In this document: piece by piece, positions 39,815 to 48,330 of the stretch
Position numbering within the stretch: the first letter of the stretch is position 1
How the letters are laid out: each line of letters begins with the position of its first letter
Assembly (NCBI GenBank): GCA_903934295.1
Contig: CAIZNI010000013.1
Coordinates: 38,888-102,887 of the forward strand
Direction: 5' to 3'
Source of the DNA: an uncultured beta proteobacterium
GTDB lineage: Bacteria > Pseudomonadota > Gammaproteobacteria > Burkholderiales > Burkholderiaceae_E
DNA length: 64,000 bases
Made by a program: the position numbers and the translations under genes
The notes under the pieces: model-generated
Told to the model about the DNA's origin: nothing
What the model saw: the letters and a program-made list of their open reading frames with translations, nothing else
Databases searched by the model: none

Positions 39815-39897
39815 CGCCGTCCTCCGCCCTTGACGGCGCTCATCGCCGTCCTCCGCCCTTGACGGCGCTCATCGCCGTCCTCCGCCCTTGACCGCGC
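39811..39897 (-). repeat. 29-bp x3 tandem repeat spanning the permease-stop/ATPase-start junction
   Basis: Plus-strand unit TCATCGCCGTCCTCCGCCCTTGACGGCGC at 39811-39839, 39840-39868 and 39869-39897. The third copy has one mismatch (GACCGCGC). Confidence 0.92.
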
Positions 39898-40702
39898 CCA
39901 CGGTGAGTCCTTTGACGATGTGTCGTTGTGCGAACAGGCCGATCAGGATGACCGGTGCCATCGCCACGATCGCGCCGGCGGCCAGCTTGGCCCACTGTGT
40001 CTGCTCGACCGAGATGAAATTGAACATCGCGACCGTGACCGGGCGCACCCGGTTGCCGCCCAGCACGACCGCGAACATGAATTCATTCCAGGCATTGAGA
40101 AACACGAAGACGGTGGTGACCGCGATGCCGCCGCGCACCTGTGGCAGCACCACGTACCAGAGCGCGCGCAGCCGTCCGGCCCGGTCGAGCAGCGCGGCCT
40201 CCTCCATCTCGAAGGCGATGTCCTCGAAGTAGGACACCATCAGCCAGATGGCGAACGGCAGCGAGAAGGTGAGATAGATCAGGGTCATGCCGGTGTAGGT
40301 GTCCAGCGCGCCGACCTTCTGCAGCGCGAGGTAGTAGGGAATGATCAGTCCCACCGGCGGCAGCATCTGGGTGGCCAGCACATAGAACCCGGAGGCCCGT
40401 TTGCCCGGATAGCGCAGCCGCGCCAGCGCGTAGGCGGCCGGTATCGCGAACAGCAGGGTGAGCACCGTGGCCGCGGTCGACACCACCAGGCTCGACCACA
40501 GGTTGGGCAGGATCGACGACGCGCCGAACAGCACCTCGCGGTAGTGGTCCAGCGTCGGGGTGAACACGAGCACCGGCGGGTAGGCCAGCACGTCGCGCTC
40601 GCTCTTGAACGAGGTGAGCAGCGCCCAGATGACCGGGAACGCCCACACCGACAGGCCCACGCCCGCCACCGCCGCCAGGGCGATTCGTCGGGTGGCGATC
40701 AT
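39869..40702 (-). CDS. ABC transporter permease (MalG/UgpE-type)
   Basis: 277 aa, 6 TM segments, with an EAA-loop-like segment EEAALLDRAGRLRALWYVVLPQV. Confidence 0.88.
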   Translation of the reverse strand: MIATRRIALAAVAGVGLSVWAFPVIWALLTSFKSERDVLAYPPVLVFTPTLDHYREVLFGASSILPNLWSSLVVSTAATVLTLLFAIPAAYALARLRYPGKRASGFYVLATQMLPPVGLIIPYYLALQKVGALDTYTGMTLIYLTFSLPFAIWLMVSYFEDIAFEMEEAALLDRAGRLRALWYVVLPQVRGGIAVTTVFVFLNAWNEFMFAVVLGGNRVRPVTVAMFNFISVEQTQWAKLAAGAIVAMAPVILIGLFAQRHIVKGLTVGAVKGGGRR

Positions 40703-41598
40703 GAGCGTGCCTTTCGCAGACGGAACATCAGGTAGGAGATGGCCATCGTGATCGACAGCAGGACCATGGCCAGCGATGCGCCGTAGCCCAGGTTCAGCTC
40801 GGTGAACGAGGTCCGGTAGGCGTACAGGTTCAGGATCTCGGTGGCCGAGCCGGGCCCGCCCCCGGTGGCCGCGAAGATGGCGGCGAAGGCCGACAGCGCG
40901 GTCATCATGCGCAGGATCACCACCATCACCACCGCCGGACGGATCAGCGGCAGCGTGATGTGCACGAAGCGCTGCCAGGCGCCGGCGCGATCCAGGCGCG
41001 CCGCCTCATAGACATCCGGGGGCAGGGTGGCCAGCGTGGCCAGCAGCACCAGGAACGCGAAGGGGGTCCACTGCCAGGTGTGGATCGCGATCACCGAGAT
41101 CAGCGCGAGTTGCGGATCACCCAGCCAGTTCTGGCCGGGCAGGCCCAGCGCCCGGCTGACCATGTCCACCAGCCCGAAATCGGGCGCCAGCACCAGCGTG
41201 CGCCAGAACAGGCCCACCACCACCGGTGCCAGCACGATCGGCAGGATCGCCGCCACCCGCAGCAGCCCCTGGCCGCGCGGAATCTGCAGCACCAGCAGCG
41301 CCAGCGACAGACCGATCACCACCTGCAGCACCACCGTCGAGACGGTGTAGACGCCGGTGAGCGCCAGCGAATTCCAGAACCGCGGATCGCCGCCCAGGCG
41401 GGCGTAGTTGTCGAGCCCGGCAAAGCCGGACAGCCACGGCATCGCCAGGTCGATCCGGTGCAGGCTGGTCCAGCCCAGGTACACCAGCGGCGCAGTGGTG
41501 ATGAGCAGCAGCACCGCCAGCGCCGGCGCGAGCAGCGCCAGGGCGAAGCGGCGCTCCTGCGCCTCGAAGCTGCGCGGCGCCGGGCGCTCCGCGGTCAT
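40699..41598 (-). CDS. ABC transporter permease (MalF/UgpA-type)
   Basis: 299 aa, with an EAA loop YEAARLDRAGAWQRFVHITLPLI. Its stop overlaps the start of the next permease. Confidence 0.88.
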   Translation of the reverse strand: MTAERPAPRSFEAQERRFALALLAPALAVLLLITTAPLVYLGWTSLHRIDLAMPWLSGFAGLDNYARLGGDPRFWNSLALTGVYTVSTVVLQVVIGLSLALLVLQIPRGQGLLRVAAILPIVLAPVVVGLFWRTLVLAPDFGLVDMVSRALGLPGQNWLGDPQLALISVIAIHTWQWTPFAFLVLLATLATLPPDVYEAARLDRAGAWQRFVHITLPLIRPAVVMVVILRMMTALSAFAAIFAATGGGPGSATEILNLYAYRTSFTELNLGYGASLAMVLLSITMAISYLMFRLRKARS

Positions 41599-41601
41599 GG
41601 A

Positions 41602-43020
41602 TCAGCCCTTGAGGATCTGCTGGATGCGCGTCTGCGCCTCGTCCAGCGCCTCCTTGGGCTTCTTCTGGCCGACCAGCGCCGACTGGATCGCGGTGGCCAT
41701 CGTCTCGCCGATCGCCGGCCACTGCGGCACCCGCGGGCGCCAGTCGACATCGGTGTCCTGCTCCAGCGATTCCAGCGCTGCCGTGATGAAGTTGTCGCCC
41801 GCGTCCTTCATGGCGGCGGCGAACTCGGGCGAGCGCCACAGCGACATCCGGTTGATGCCCGATCGCTTGGCCGGGCCGGCGAACTTCCAGGAGGTGCGCG
41901 CCTGGGTCTCGGCCGAGGTGGCCCATTCGATGAACAGCCAGGTCGCGCGCTTTTGCTTGTCGGTCAGGGCGGCGTTGATCGGGAAGCCCCAGTTCCAGAT
42001 CGAGGTGACCCGCTTGCCGTTGGGGCCCTTGGGCCAGCGCGCGTAGGCGATCTTGCCGACCACCTTGGATTTCTCGGGATTGTTGATCACCGCTGCCGAG
42101 GAGTGCGCGTCCAGGTAGGTGGCCACCGTGCCCTGCGAGAACGCGTCGGCGATGTCGGGCCAGTTCCAGTTGCGCACTGCGGGCGGCGCGAACTGGGTCA
42201 GGGTGTCGACATACCAGGTCAGCGCGCGCACCGCCTCGGGCGAGTTCACCACCACGTTGCCGCCCTGCATCCAGGTGCCGCCGAAGCCCCGGAACAGCGA
42301 CGGATAGATGTACATGTTCTGGCCGGCGCCGGCGAAGCCGCGCATCGCCAGACCGTACTGGCGGGTCGCCGGGTCGGTCAGCGCCCGGGCGTTGGCGACC
42401 AGCTGGTCGTAGGTGTCGGCGGGCTTGAGGCCCTTGGCCGCATACAGGTCCTTGCGATAGACCTGCACCGTGACCTCGCCGTCGAATGGAATGCCGTAGG
42501 GCTTGCCGTCCACCGAGTCGGCGTCGCGCCAGGCCTTGATGATGTCGTCATAGCGGAACCAGGCCGGGTCGGAGAGGGTGGCGTCGGCCAGGTACTTGTC
42601 CAGCGGCTCGACCCACTTGTTCGCGACGTAGAGCGGGTAGTACATCGGATCGGCCGCGTGCGTGGCGTAGGTGGCGGTCTTCGAAGACAGGTCGAGCAGC
42701 GCCTTCTGGCGGATCTGGCCCGGGGGCACCTTCTCGAAGCGCAGCTTGATGCCGGTGAGGGCCTCGAACTGCGGCTGCAGCGAGATCAGGTTTTCGAAAT
42801 AGCTGGCCGGAATCACCATCACGGTGATGGTCTCGCCTTCGGCCTGGCGCCAGTTCACGCGCGCGCTCCGGTAGGGCGCCAGGTCGTCGGCCTGCGCCAG
42901 GGCGCGACCGGTGAAAGCGGGCCCGGCAACGCCGGCCAGCCCGAGGGCCGAACCGTAACGCAGGGCGTCGCGACGGCGCACCGGCTGGGTCGCGGGGTCT
43001 TCGAGAGTGCGTCGGGTCAT
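41602..43020 (-). CDS. ABC transporter periplasmic substrate-binding protein (family 1, carbohydrate-type), Tat signal
   Basis: The real start is the ATG at 43020: MTRRTLEDPATQPVRRRDALRYGSALGLAGVAGPAFTGRALA. The 875-aa track ORF continues upstream as antisense of lacI and is rejected. Confidence 0.85.
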   Translation of the reverse strand: MTRRTLEDPATQPVRRRDALRYGSALGLAGVAGPAFTGRALAQADDLAPYRSARVNWRQAEGETITVMVIPASYFENLISLQPQFEALTGIKLRFEKVPPGQIRQKALLDLSSKTATYATHAADPMYYPLYVANKWVEPLDKYLADATLSDPAWFRYDDIIKAWRDADSVDGKPYGIPFDGEVTVQVYRKDLYAAKGLKPADTYDQLVANARALTDPATRQYGLAMRGFAGAGQNMYIYPSLFRGFGGTWMQGGNVVVNSPEAVRALTWYVDTLTQFAPPAVRNWNWPDIADAFSQGTVATYLDAHSSAAVINNPEKSKVVGKIAYARWPKGPNGKRVTSIWNWGFPINAALTDKQKRATWLFIEWATSAETQARTSWKFAGPAKRSGINRMSLWRSPEFAAAMKDAGDNFITAALESLEQDTDVDWRPRVPQWPAIGETMATAIQSALVGQKKPKEALDEAQTRIQQILKG

Positions 43021-43104
43021 GGGGTGTCGTCTCCGGTTTTTTTGGGTGGGCGACCCTCGAACATCGCTTCGTGACGGCGGGGTCGACGGCGGGGTCGTTG
43101 GAAA

Positions 43105-43120
43105 ATGTACTCGATTACAT
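43105..43120. promoter_or_regulatory. candidate LacI-family operator (16-bp near-palindrome ATGTACTCGATTACAT)
   Basis: 7 of 8 positions are symmetric. It lies in the divergent region between the ABC operon (start 43020) and the lacI-type gene. A related half-site AATCGAATACATT occurs at 43199-43211. Confidence 0.4.
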
Positions 43121-43305
43121 GGACGGGTGTCCAATGTGTTTTTCGACAAGCGGTTGGGATGCCTGGTTCTGTCGGCAGGCCTTGGACGCCCGCGGTGAAA
43201 TCGAATACATTCAACGTCGTGAACAGGGGCTTTTCCAACATCGATGCTGGGCCGCCGGACGACGATCCGGGCGCGCCCCCGCCGCCGGCGGGCGCTGCCG
43301 GTGGC

Positions 43306-44373
43306 GTGCCCGAGACCCAGCGGCCCCGTGCCAAGGATGTCGCACGGCTTGCCGGTGTCTCCACCGCCACCGTCTCGCGGGTGATCAACTCGCCCCTGCT
43401 GGTCGAGCCCGACACGCTGCTCGCGGTGCGCGAGGCGATGGCCAAGCTGCGCTACCTGCCGCACGGCGCGGCGCGCGCGCTGCGCTCTCACCGCAGCCAC
43501 ATGGTCGGCGCGGTCGTTCCCTCGTTCGACTATGCGCTCTATGCGCGCACCACCAGCGCGATGCAGGCGGTGCTCGAACCCAAGGGCTACTCGCTGGTGC
43601 TGGCCGAGCACCACTACGACCTCCCGTCCGAGCTGCGCGTGACCGCGCAACTGATCAGCCACGCGGTCGATGCCTTCTTCTTCGTCGGCCTGGCGCATGA
43701 CCCGACGCTGTTCGCGCTGCTGGCCGACTACGGCCGCCCTTATGTGCTCAGCTGGGGCGTCGATCCCTTGCGCCAGCACCCGAGCGTGGGCTTCGACAAC
43801 CGGGCCGCGACCTACGAGATGACCCGTTATCTGGTGTCGCTGGGACATCGTCGATTCGGGCTGCTCAGCGCCCGACCCGAGGGCAACGACCGGGCGACCG
43901 AGCGCGGCATCGGCGTTCGCTCGGCGCTCGCGCAGGCGGGCCTGGAACTGGACGAGCGCTGTGTCCGGTACGGGCCGATCGATCTGAACGCCGCCGCCGC
44001 GATGATGCGCGAGTTGCTGGCGCTGGACGAGCCGCCCACGGTGGTGATCGGGACCAATGATGTGTTCGCGGTCGGGGCGATGCTGGCGTGCCGCGAGGCG
44101 GGGGTCCGCATTCCCGAAGACCTCTCGATCACCGGTGTCGACAACACCGATCTGGGCGCGACCCAGACGCCGGGTCTGACCAGCATTCGCACGCCGATCG
44201 TCGAGATCGGACAGGCGGCCGCGCAGCACCTGATCGCGCGCCTGGAGGGCCGACCGGTCAATCTGTTTCAGACCCTGCCTTTCGAGCTGGTGATCCGGGG
44301 CAGCACGGCGGCACCGCGCAGCAGCGCCGGGATCGCCGCGCTCGCCAGGTCAAGGACCGCGCCCACCCGGTGA
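43306..44373 (+). CDS. LacI-family transcriptional regulator
   Basis: HTH AKDVARLAGVSTATVSRVINSP followed by a periplasmic-binding-protein-like sugar-binding core. The start is placed at the in-frame GTG at 43306, so the HTH sits about 10 residues from the N-terminus as usual. The track start (43105) would add a 67-aa non-conserved extension and lies inside the putative operator. Confidence 0.8.
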   Translation: MPETQRPRAKDVARLAGVSTATVSRVINSPLLVEPDTLLAVREAMAKLRYLPHGAARALRSHRSHMVGAVVPSFDYALYARTTSAMQAVLEPKGYSLVLAEHHYDLPSELRVTAQLISHAVDAFFFVGLAHDPTLFALLADYGRPYVLSWGVDPLRQHPSVGFDNRAATYEMTRYLVSLGHRRFGLLSARPEGNDRATERGIGVRSALAQAGLELDERCVRYGPIDLNAAAAMMRELLALDEPPTVVIGTNDVFAVGAMLACREAGVRIPEDLSITGVDNTDLGATQTPGLTSIRTPIVEIGQAAAQHLIARLEGRPVNLFQTLPFELVIRGSTAAPRSSAGIAALARSRTAPTR

Positions 44374-44457
44374 TCGGGCTCGATCGCACCATTGGCCAGC
44401 CGAACGCCTTGCTGCCATACTTCTGCGGTTGATCACAGCCACCCTGGAGTGTCCGGA

Positions 44458-45666
44458 ATGTCCCGTTTTCGTCTGCCCGCTGCCCGTCGTTCGATCCTGG
44501 CTGCCGCTGTTGCCGCGCCACTGGCCTGCCTGCTGGCCGCCTCGCCTGCGGCCGCCGCCGACAAGGTCAAGGTCGGTTTCGTCAGCACGCTGTCGGGCCC
44601 CTCGGCCGCGCTCGGTGTCGATATCCGCGACGCCTTCCTGCTCGCGGTCAAGCTCAACGGTGGCAAGCTCGGCGGGCTGCCGGCCGATGTGATCATCGGC
44701 GACGACCAGTTCAAGCCCGATGTGGGCAAGCAGCTGTTCGAGAAGAACATCAAGCGCGACCGCGTTGATTTCATGACCGGCGTCGTGTTCTCGAACATCC
44801 TGCTGGCCGGCGTGCCCGAGGCCTTCGAGTCGAAAACCTTCTACATCAGCCCCAATGCCGCGCCGTCGCCGCTGGCCGGCAAGAACTGCGACCCGCATTT
44901 CTTCGCGGTCTCCTGGCCCAACGACGCCTACCACGAGGCGGCTGGCCAGCACGCGACCAACAAGGGTTTCAAGAGCGTCTACCTGATCGCGCCGAACTAC
45001 CAGGCCGGCAAGGACTCGCTGTCGGGCTTCAAGCGCTTCTACAAGGGGCGGATCGCGGGCGAGGTCTACACCAAGCTCGGCCAGCTCGACTACTCGGCCG
45101 AACTGGCCGAGGTGCGTGCCGCCAAGCCCGATGTGCTCTACACCTTCCTGCCCGGCGGCATGGGCATCAATTTCATCAAGCAGTTCGTGGGCGCCGGTCT
45201 GTCGCGCGACATCACGCTGCTGCAGCCCGGTTTTGGCGCCGACCAGGACATCATCCGCCCGGTGGGTGACGCCATGCTCGGCATCTTCGACACCGCGCAC
45301 TGGGCGCTCGACCTGCCCAACGCGGCCAACCGCAAGTTCGTCGCCGAGTTCGAGAAGGAATACAAGCGCCTGCCCACCGTCTACGCGGCGCAGGGCTACG
45401 ATTCCGCGCTGCTGATCGACTCGGCGGTGCGCGACGTCAAGGGCAAGCTCGACGACAAGGACGCGGTGCGCAAGGCGCTCAAGGCCGCCCGTTTCCAGTC
45501 GGTGCGCGGCGACTTCAAGTTCAACACCAACCAGTACCCGATCCAGAACTACTACCTGCGGGTGGTGGGCAAGGACAGCCAGGGCCGCCTGGTCAACAAG
45601 TCGCTGGGCGAGCCGATCCTGAAGAACCACGGTGACGCCTACGTCCAGGACTGCAGCATGAAGTGA
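44458..45666 (+). CDS. Liv-type (branched-chain amino acid family) ABC transporter substrate-binding protein
   Basis: Signal peptide MSRFRLPAARRSILAAAVAAPLACLLAASPAAAA, then DKVKVGFVSTLSGPSAALG, typical of the LivJ/K-like type I PBP family. The ligand cannot be inferred. Confidence 0.85.
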   Translation: MSRFRLPAARRSILAAAVAAPLACLLAASPAAAADKVKVGFVSTLSGPSAALGVDIRDAFLLAVKLNGGKLGGLPADVIIGDDQFKPDVGKQLFEKNIKRDRVDFMTGVVFSNILLAGVPEAFESKTFYISPNAAPSPLAGKNCDPHFFAVSWPNDAYHEAAGQHATNKGFKSVYLIAPNYQAGKDSLSGFKRFYKGRIAGEVYTKLGQLDYSAELAEVRAAKPDVLYTFLPGGMGINFIKQFVGAGLSRDITLLQPGFGADQDIIRPVGDAMLGIFDTAHWALDLPNAANRKFVAEFEKEYKRLPTVYAAQGYDSALLIDSAVRDVKGKLDDKDAVRKALKAARFQSVRGDFKFNTNQYPIQNYYLRVVGKDSQGRLVNKSLGEPILKNHGDAYVQDCSMK

Positions 45667-45679
45667 CGCCGGGCCGAAC

Positions 45680-46597
45680 GTGTCCGGTCTGCTGCTGATC
45701 GAGCAGTCCCTCAACGGGCTGCAGTTCGGGTTGATGCTGTTCCTGCTGGCCGCGGGCCTCACGCTGGTCTTCGGCATCATGGACATGATCAACCTGGCCC
45801 ACGGCTCGCTCTACATGGTGGGTGCGTTCCTGGCGGCCTGGCTGGTCGAGCTCACCGGGTCGTTCTGGCTGGGCGTGCTGCTCGCCATTCCGGCGGCGGC
45901 CGCCTTCGGCATGCTGCTCGAGGCCACCCTGCTGCGAACGCTCTACGCCCGCGATCACCTGGCGCAGGTGCTGGCCACCTTCGCGCTGATCCTCATCATC
46001 AACGAGGGCGTGCGCATGATCTGGGGTTCCGACCTGCCGTTGTCGGCCCCAGCCGCGCTGTCCGGACCGGTCGAACTGCTGCCCGGCCTGCTCTATCCGG
46101 CCTACCGCCTGCTGATCATCGCGGTCGGCCTCGCGCTCGCGCTGCTGCTCTACCTTCTGGTGACCCGCACCCGGATGGGCGCCTGGGTGCGCGCCGGCGC
46201 CTCGCACCGCGAGATGGCCATGGCGATGGGCATCGACATCCGCCGCCTGTTCACCGTGGTCTTCGGCATCGGGGCGGCGCTGTGCGCGGTCGCCGGCGCG
46301 ATGCTCGGCCCGCTGCTCGCGGTGCAGGTGGGCATGGGGGAGGGCATCCTGATCCTGGCCTTCGTCGTCATCGTGATCGGGGGCATTGGCTCGATCCGCG
46401 GCGCGCTGGTGGGCTCGTTGCTGGTGGGCTTCGTCGACACACTCGGGCGGACCCTGCTGCCGCACCTGTTCCGCGAGTTCCTGCCGCCCCAGTTCGCCAG
46501 CGCGGCCGGGCCGGCGGTCGCCTCGATCATGGTCTACCTGCTGATGGCGATCGTGCTGTTCGTCCGGCCGCAGGGCCTTTTCCCGGCGCGGGGCTGA
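45680..46597 (+). CDS. Liv-type ABC transporter permease (LivH-like)
   Basis: 305-aa hydrophobic ORF with a GTG start. INLAHGSLYMVGAF and GGIGSIRGALVGSLLVG motifs. Confidence 0.88.
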   Translation: MSGLLLIEQSLNGLQFGLMLFLLAAGLTLVFGIMDMINLAHGSLYMVGAFLAAWLVELTGSFWLGVLLAIPAAAAFGMLLEATLLRTLYARDHLAQVLATFALILIINEGVRMIWGSDLPLSAPAALSGPVELLPGLLYPAYRLLIIAVGLALALLLYLLVTRTRMGAWVRAGASHREMAMAMGIDIRRLFTVVFGIGAALCAVAGAMLGPLLAVQVGMGEGILILAFVVIVIGGIGSIRGALVGSLLVGFVDTLGRTLLPHLFREFLPPQFASAAGPAVASIMVYLLMAIVLFVRPQGLFPARG

Positions 46598-46598
46598 G

Positions 46599-47582
46599 GT
46601 GGCGCCCCTCGAGTCCGGCCGCGGCGCGGCCGTCCCCGGACTGGTCGTGCTGGCGGTGCTGGCGCTGGCCTTTCCGTTTGCGATGCGCGCACTCGACGCG
46701 GGCTTCTACATCAGCGTGGCCAGCCGCATCCTCATCTACGGCATCGCCGCGACCAGCCTGAACCTCATCCTCGGCTACGGCGGACTGGTTTCCTTCGGGC
46801 ATGCCGCCTTCTTCGGCATCGGTGCCTATGCGGTAGGCATCCTGATCACCGAGGGCGTGAGCAACGGCTGGATCGGCTTCGCGGTCGCGATGGGCGTGGC
46901 GGCGCTGGCCGCCGCCCTGATCGGCGCGGTGTCGCTGCGCACCCGCGGCGTCTACTTCATCATGATCACGCTCGCCTTCGCCCAGATGCTCTTCTACCTG
47001 GTCAACTCGGTGAAGGCCTACGGCGGCGACGAGGGGCTGAACATCCGCCAGCGCTCGGATTTCGGCTTCGGCCTGAACCTGAAGGACGACCTGACCTTCT
47101 ATTTCGTGGTGCTCGCCTGCCTGGCGGCCACCCTGCTGCTGGTGCATCGGCTGATGGCCTCGCGCTTCGGCCGGGTGGTGCTGGCGATGCGCGACGACGA
47201 CGAGCGCGCCGAGGCGATCGGCTTCGCCACCTTTCGCTTCAAGCTCATCCTGTTCATGATCGGCGGCGCGCTGGGCGGCCTGGCCGGCGCCCTGATGGTC
47301 AACCAGCAGAACTACGTCAATCCGAATGTGCTGAACTGGGCCCAGTCGGGCACGCTCATGGTGATGGTGATCCTGGGCGGTGTGGGCACGCTGTGGGGCG
47401 GGGTCCTGGGCGCAGCCGCACTGCTGATCCTCGAGGAGGTGCTGTCGGCCTACACGGTGCACTGGCAGTTCCCGGTCGGCTGGGTGCTGCTGGCGATCGT
47501 GCTGTTCGCCCCCCATGGGCTGGTCGGTCTGCTGCGCCGTCGCCGCCCCGCCGCGGCCCGGGACGACACCGATGCCCGCTGA
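46599..47582 (+). CDS. Liv-type ABC transporter permease (LivM-like)
   Basis: 327 aa with a GTG start. LILGYGGLVSFGHAAFFGIGAY motif. Confidence 0.88.
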   Translation: MAPLESGRGAAVPGLVVLAVLALAFPFAMRALDAGFYISVASRILIYGIAATSLNLILGYGGLVSFGHAAFFGIGAYAVGILITEGVSNGWIGFAVAMGVAALAAALIGAVSLRTRGVYFIMITLAFAQMLFYLVNSVKAYGGDEGLNIRQRSDFGFGLNLKDDLTFYFVVLACLAATLLLVHRLMASRFGRVVLAMRDDDERAEAIGFATFRFKLILFMIGGALGGLAGALMVNQQNYVNPNVLNWAQSGTLMVMVILGGVGTLWGGVLGAAALLILEEVLSAYTVHWQFPVGWVLLAIVLFAPHGLVGLLRRRRPAAARDDTDAR

Positions 47583-48330
47583 GCCGCTGCTCGCGGTCCG
47601 CGGACTGTGCAAGCAGTTCGGTGGCGTGGTCGCGACCGACGAGGTGAACCTCGATGTGCGCGAGGGCGAGATCCACGCCCTCATCGGTCCCAACGGCGCC
47701 GGCAAGACCAGCCTGATCGCACAATTGTCGGGCAGCCTGAAGCCCGATCGCGGCCGTCTGCTGCTGGCCGGCCGCGACATCACCGACCTGTCGCAACACC
47801 GCCGGGTGCGGCTCGGGCTTGCGCGTTCCTACCAGATCACCCGCCTGTTCAAGAGTTTCAGCGTGCTCGACAACCTCGCGCTGGCGGTGCAGGCGCGCAG
47901 CGGCTCCAGCCTCTCGTTCTGGCGCGCGGTCGCCCGCGAGACGGCGCTGTTCGACGAGGCGCGTGTCGTGCTCGATGACATCGGGCTGGCCGCCCGCGCC
48001 GATTCGCCCGCCGGTTCGCTGTCGCACGGTGAGCAGCGCGCGCTCGAGGTCGGGCTCGCGCTGGCCACCCGCCCGCGGCTGTTGCTGCTCGATGAGCCGA
48101 TGGCCGGGACCGGGCCGCAGGAGTCGGCCCGAATGATCGAACTGATCGCGCGGCTGCGCGGCCGCACCACCCTGCTGCTGGTCGAGCATGATGTGGACGC
48201 GGTTTTCCGTCTCGCTGACCGGGTCTCGGTGCTGGTCAGCGGTCGGGTCATCGCCAGCGGCGATCCGCAGGCGGTGCGCAGCGACCCTGCGGTCATCACC
48301 GCCTACCTGGGCGACGAGGTTCACCGATGA
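47572..48330 (+). CDS. Liv-type ABC transporter ATP-binding protein (LivG-like)
   Basis: Start at the ATG at 47572 (MPAEPLLAVRGLCKQFGG), overlapping the livM-like stop. Walker A GPNGAGKTS and signature LSHGEQRALE. Confidence 0.9.
   Translation: MPAEPLLAVRGLCKQFGGVVATDEVNLDVREGEIHALIGPNGAGKTSLIAQLSGSLKPDRGRLLLAGRDITDLSQHRRVRLGLARSYQITRLFKSFSVLDNLALAVQARSGSSLSFWRAVARETALFDEARVVLDDIGLAARADSPAGSLSHGEQRALEVGLALATRPRLLLLDEPMAGTGPQESARMIELIARLRGRTTLLLVEHDVDAVFRLADRVSVLVSGRVIASGDPQAVRSDPAVITAYLGDEVHR

Noticed and set aside
33114-39897. A possible CRISPR array or minisatellite-type mobile element, suggested by the 24-bp and 29-bp repeats.
   Set aside because: The repeat units are directly adjacent with no spacers and number only 3-5 copies. 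There are no cas genes. The units are clearly derived from the local gene junctions.
41602-44229. An 875-aa track ORF that would fuse the ABC substrate-binding protein to a long N-terminal extension.
   Set aside because: The extension (43021-44229) is antisense to the LacI-family gene. A canonical Tat signal peptide begins at the internal ATG at 43020, which I take as the true start.
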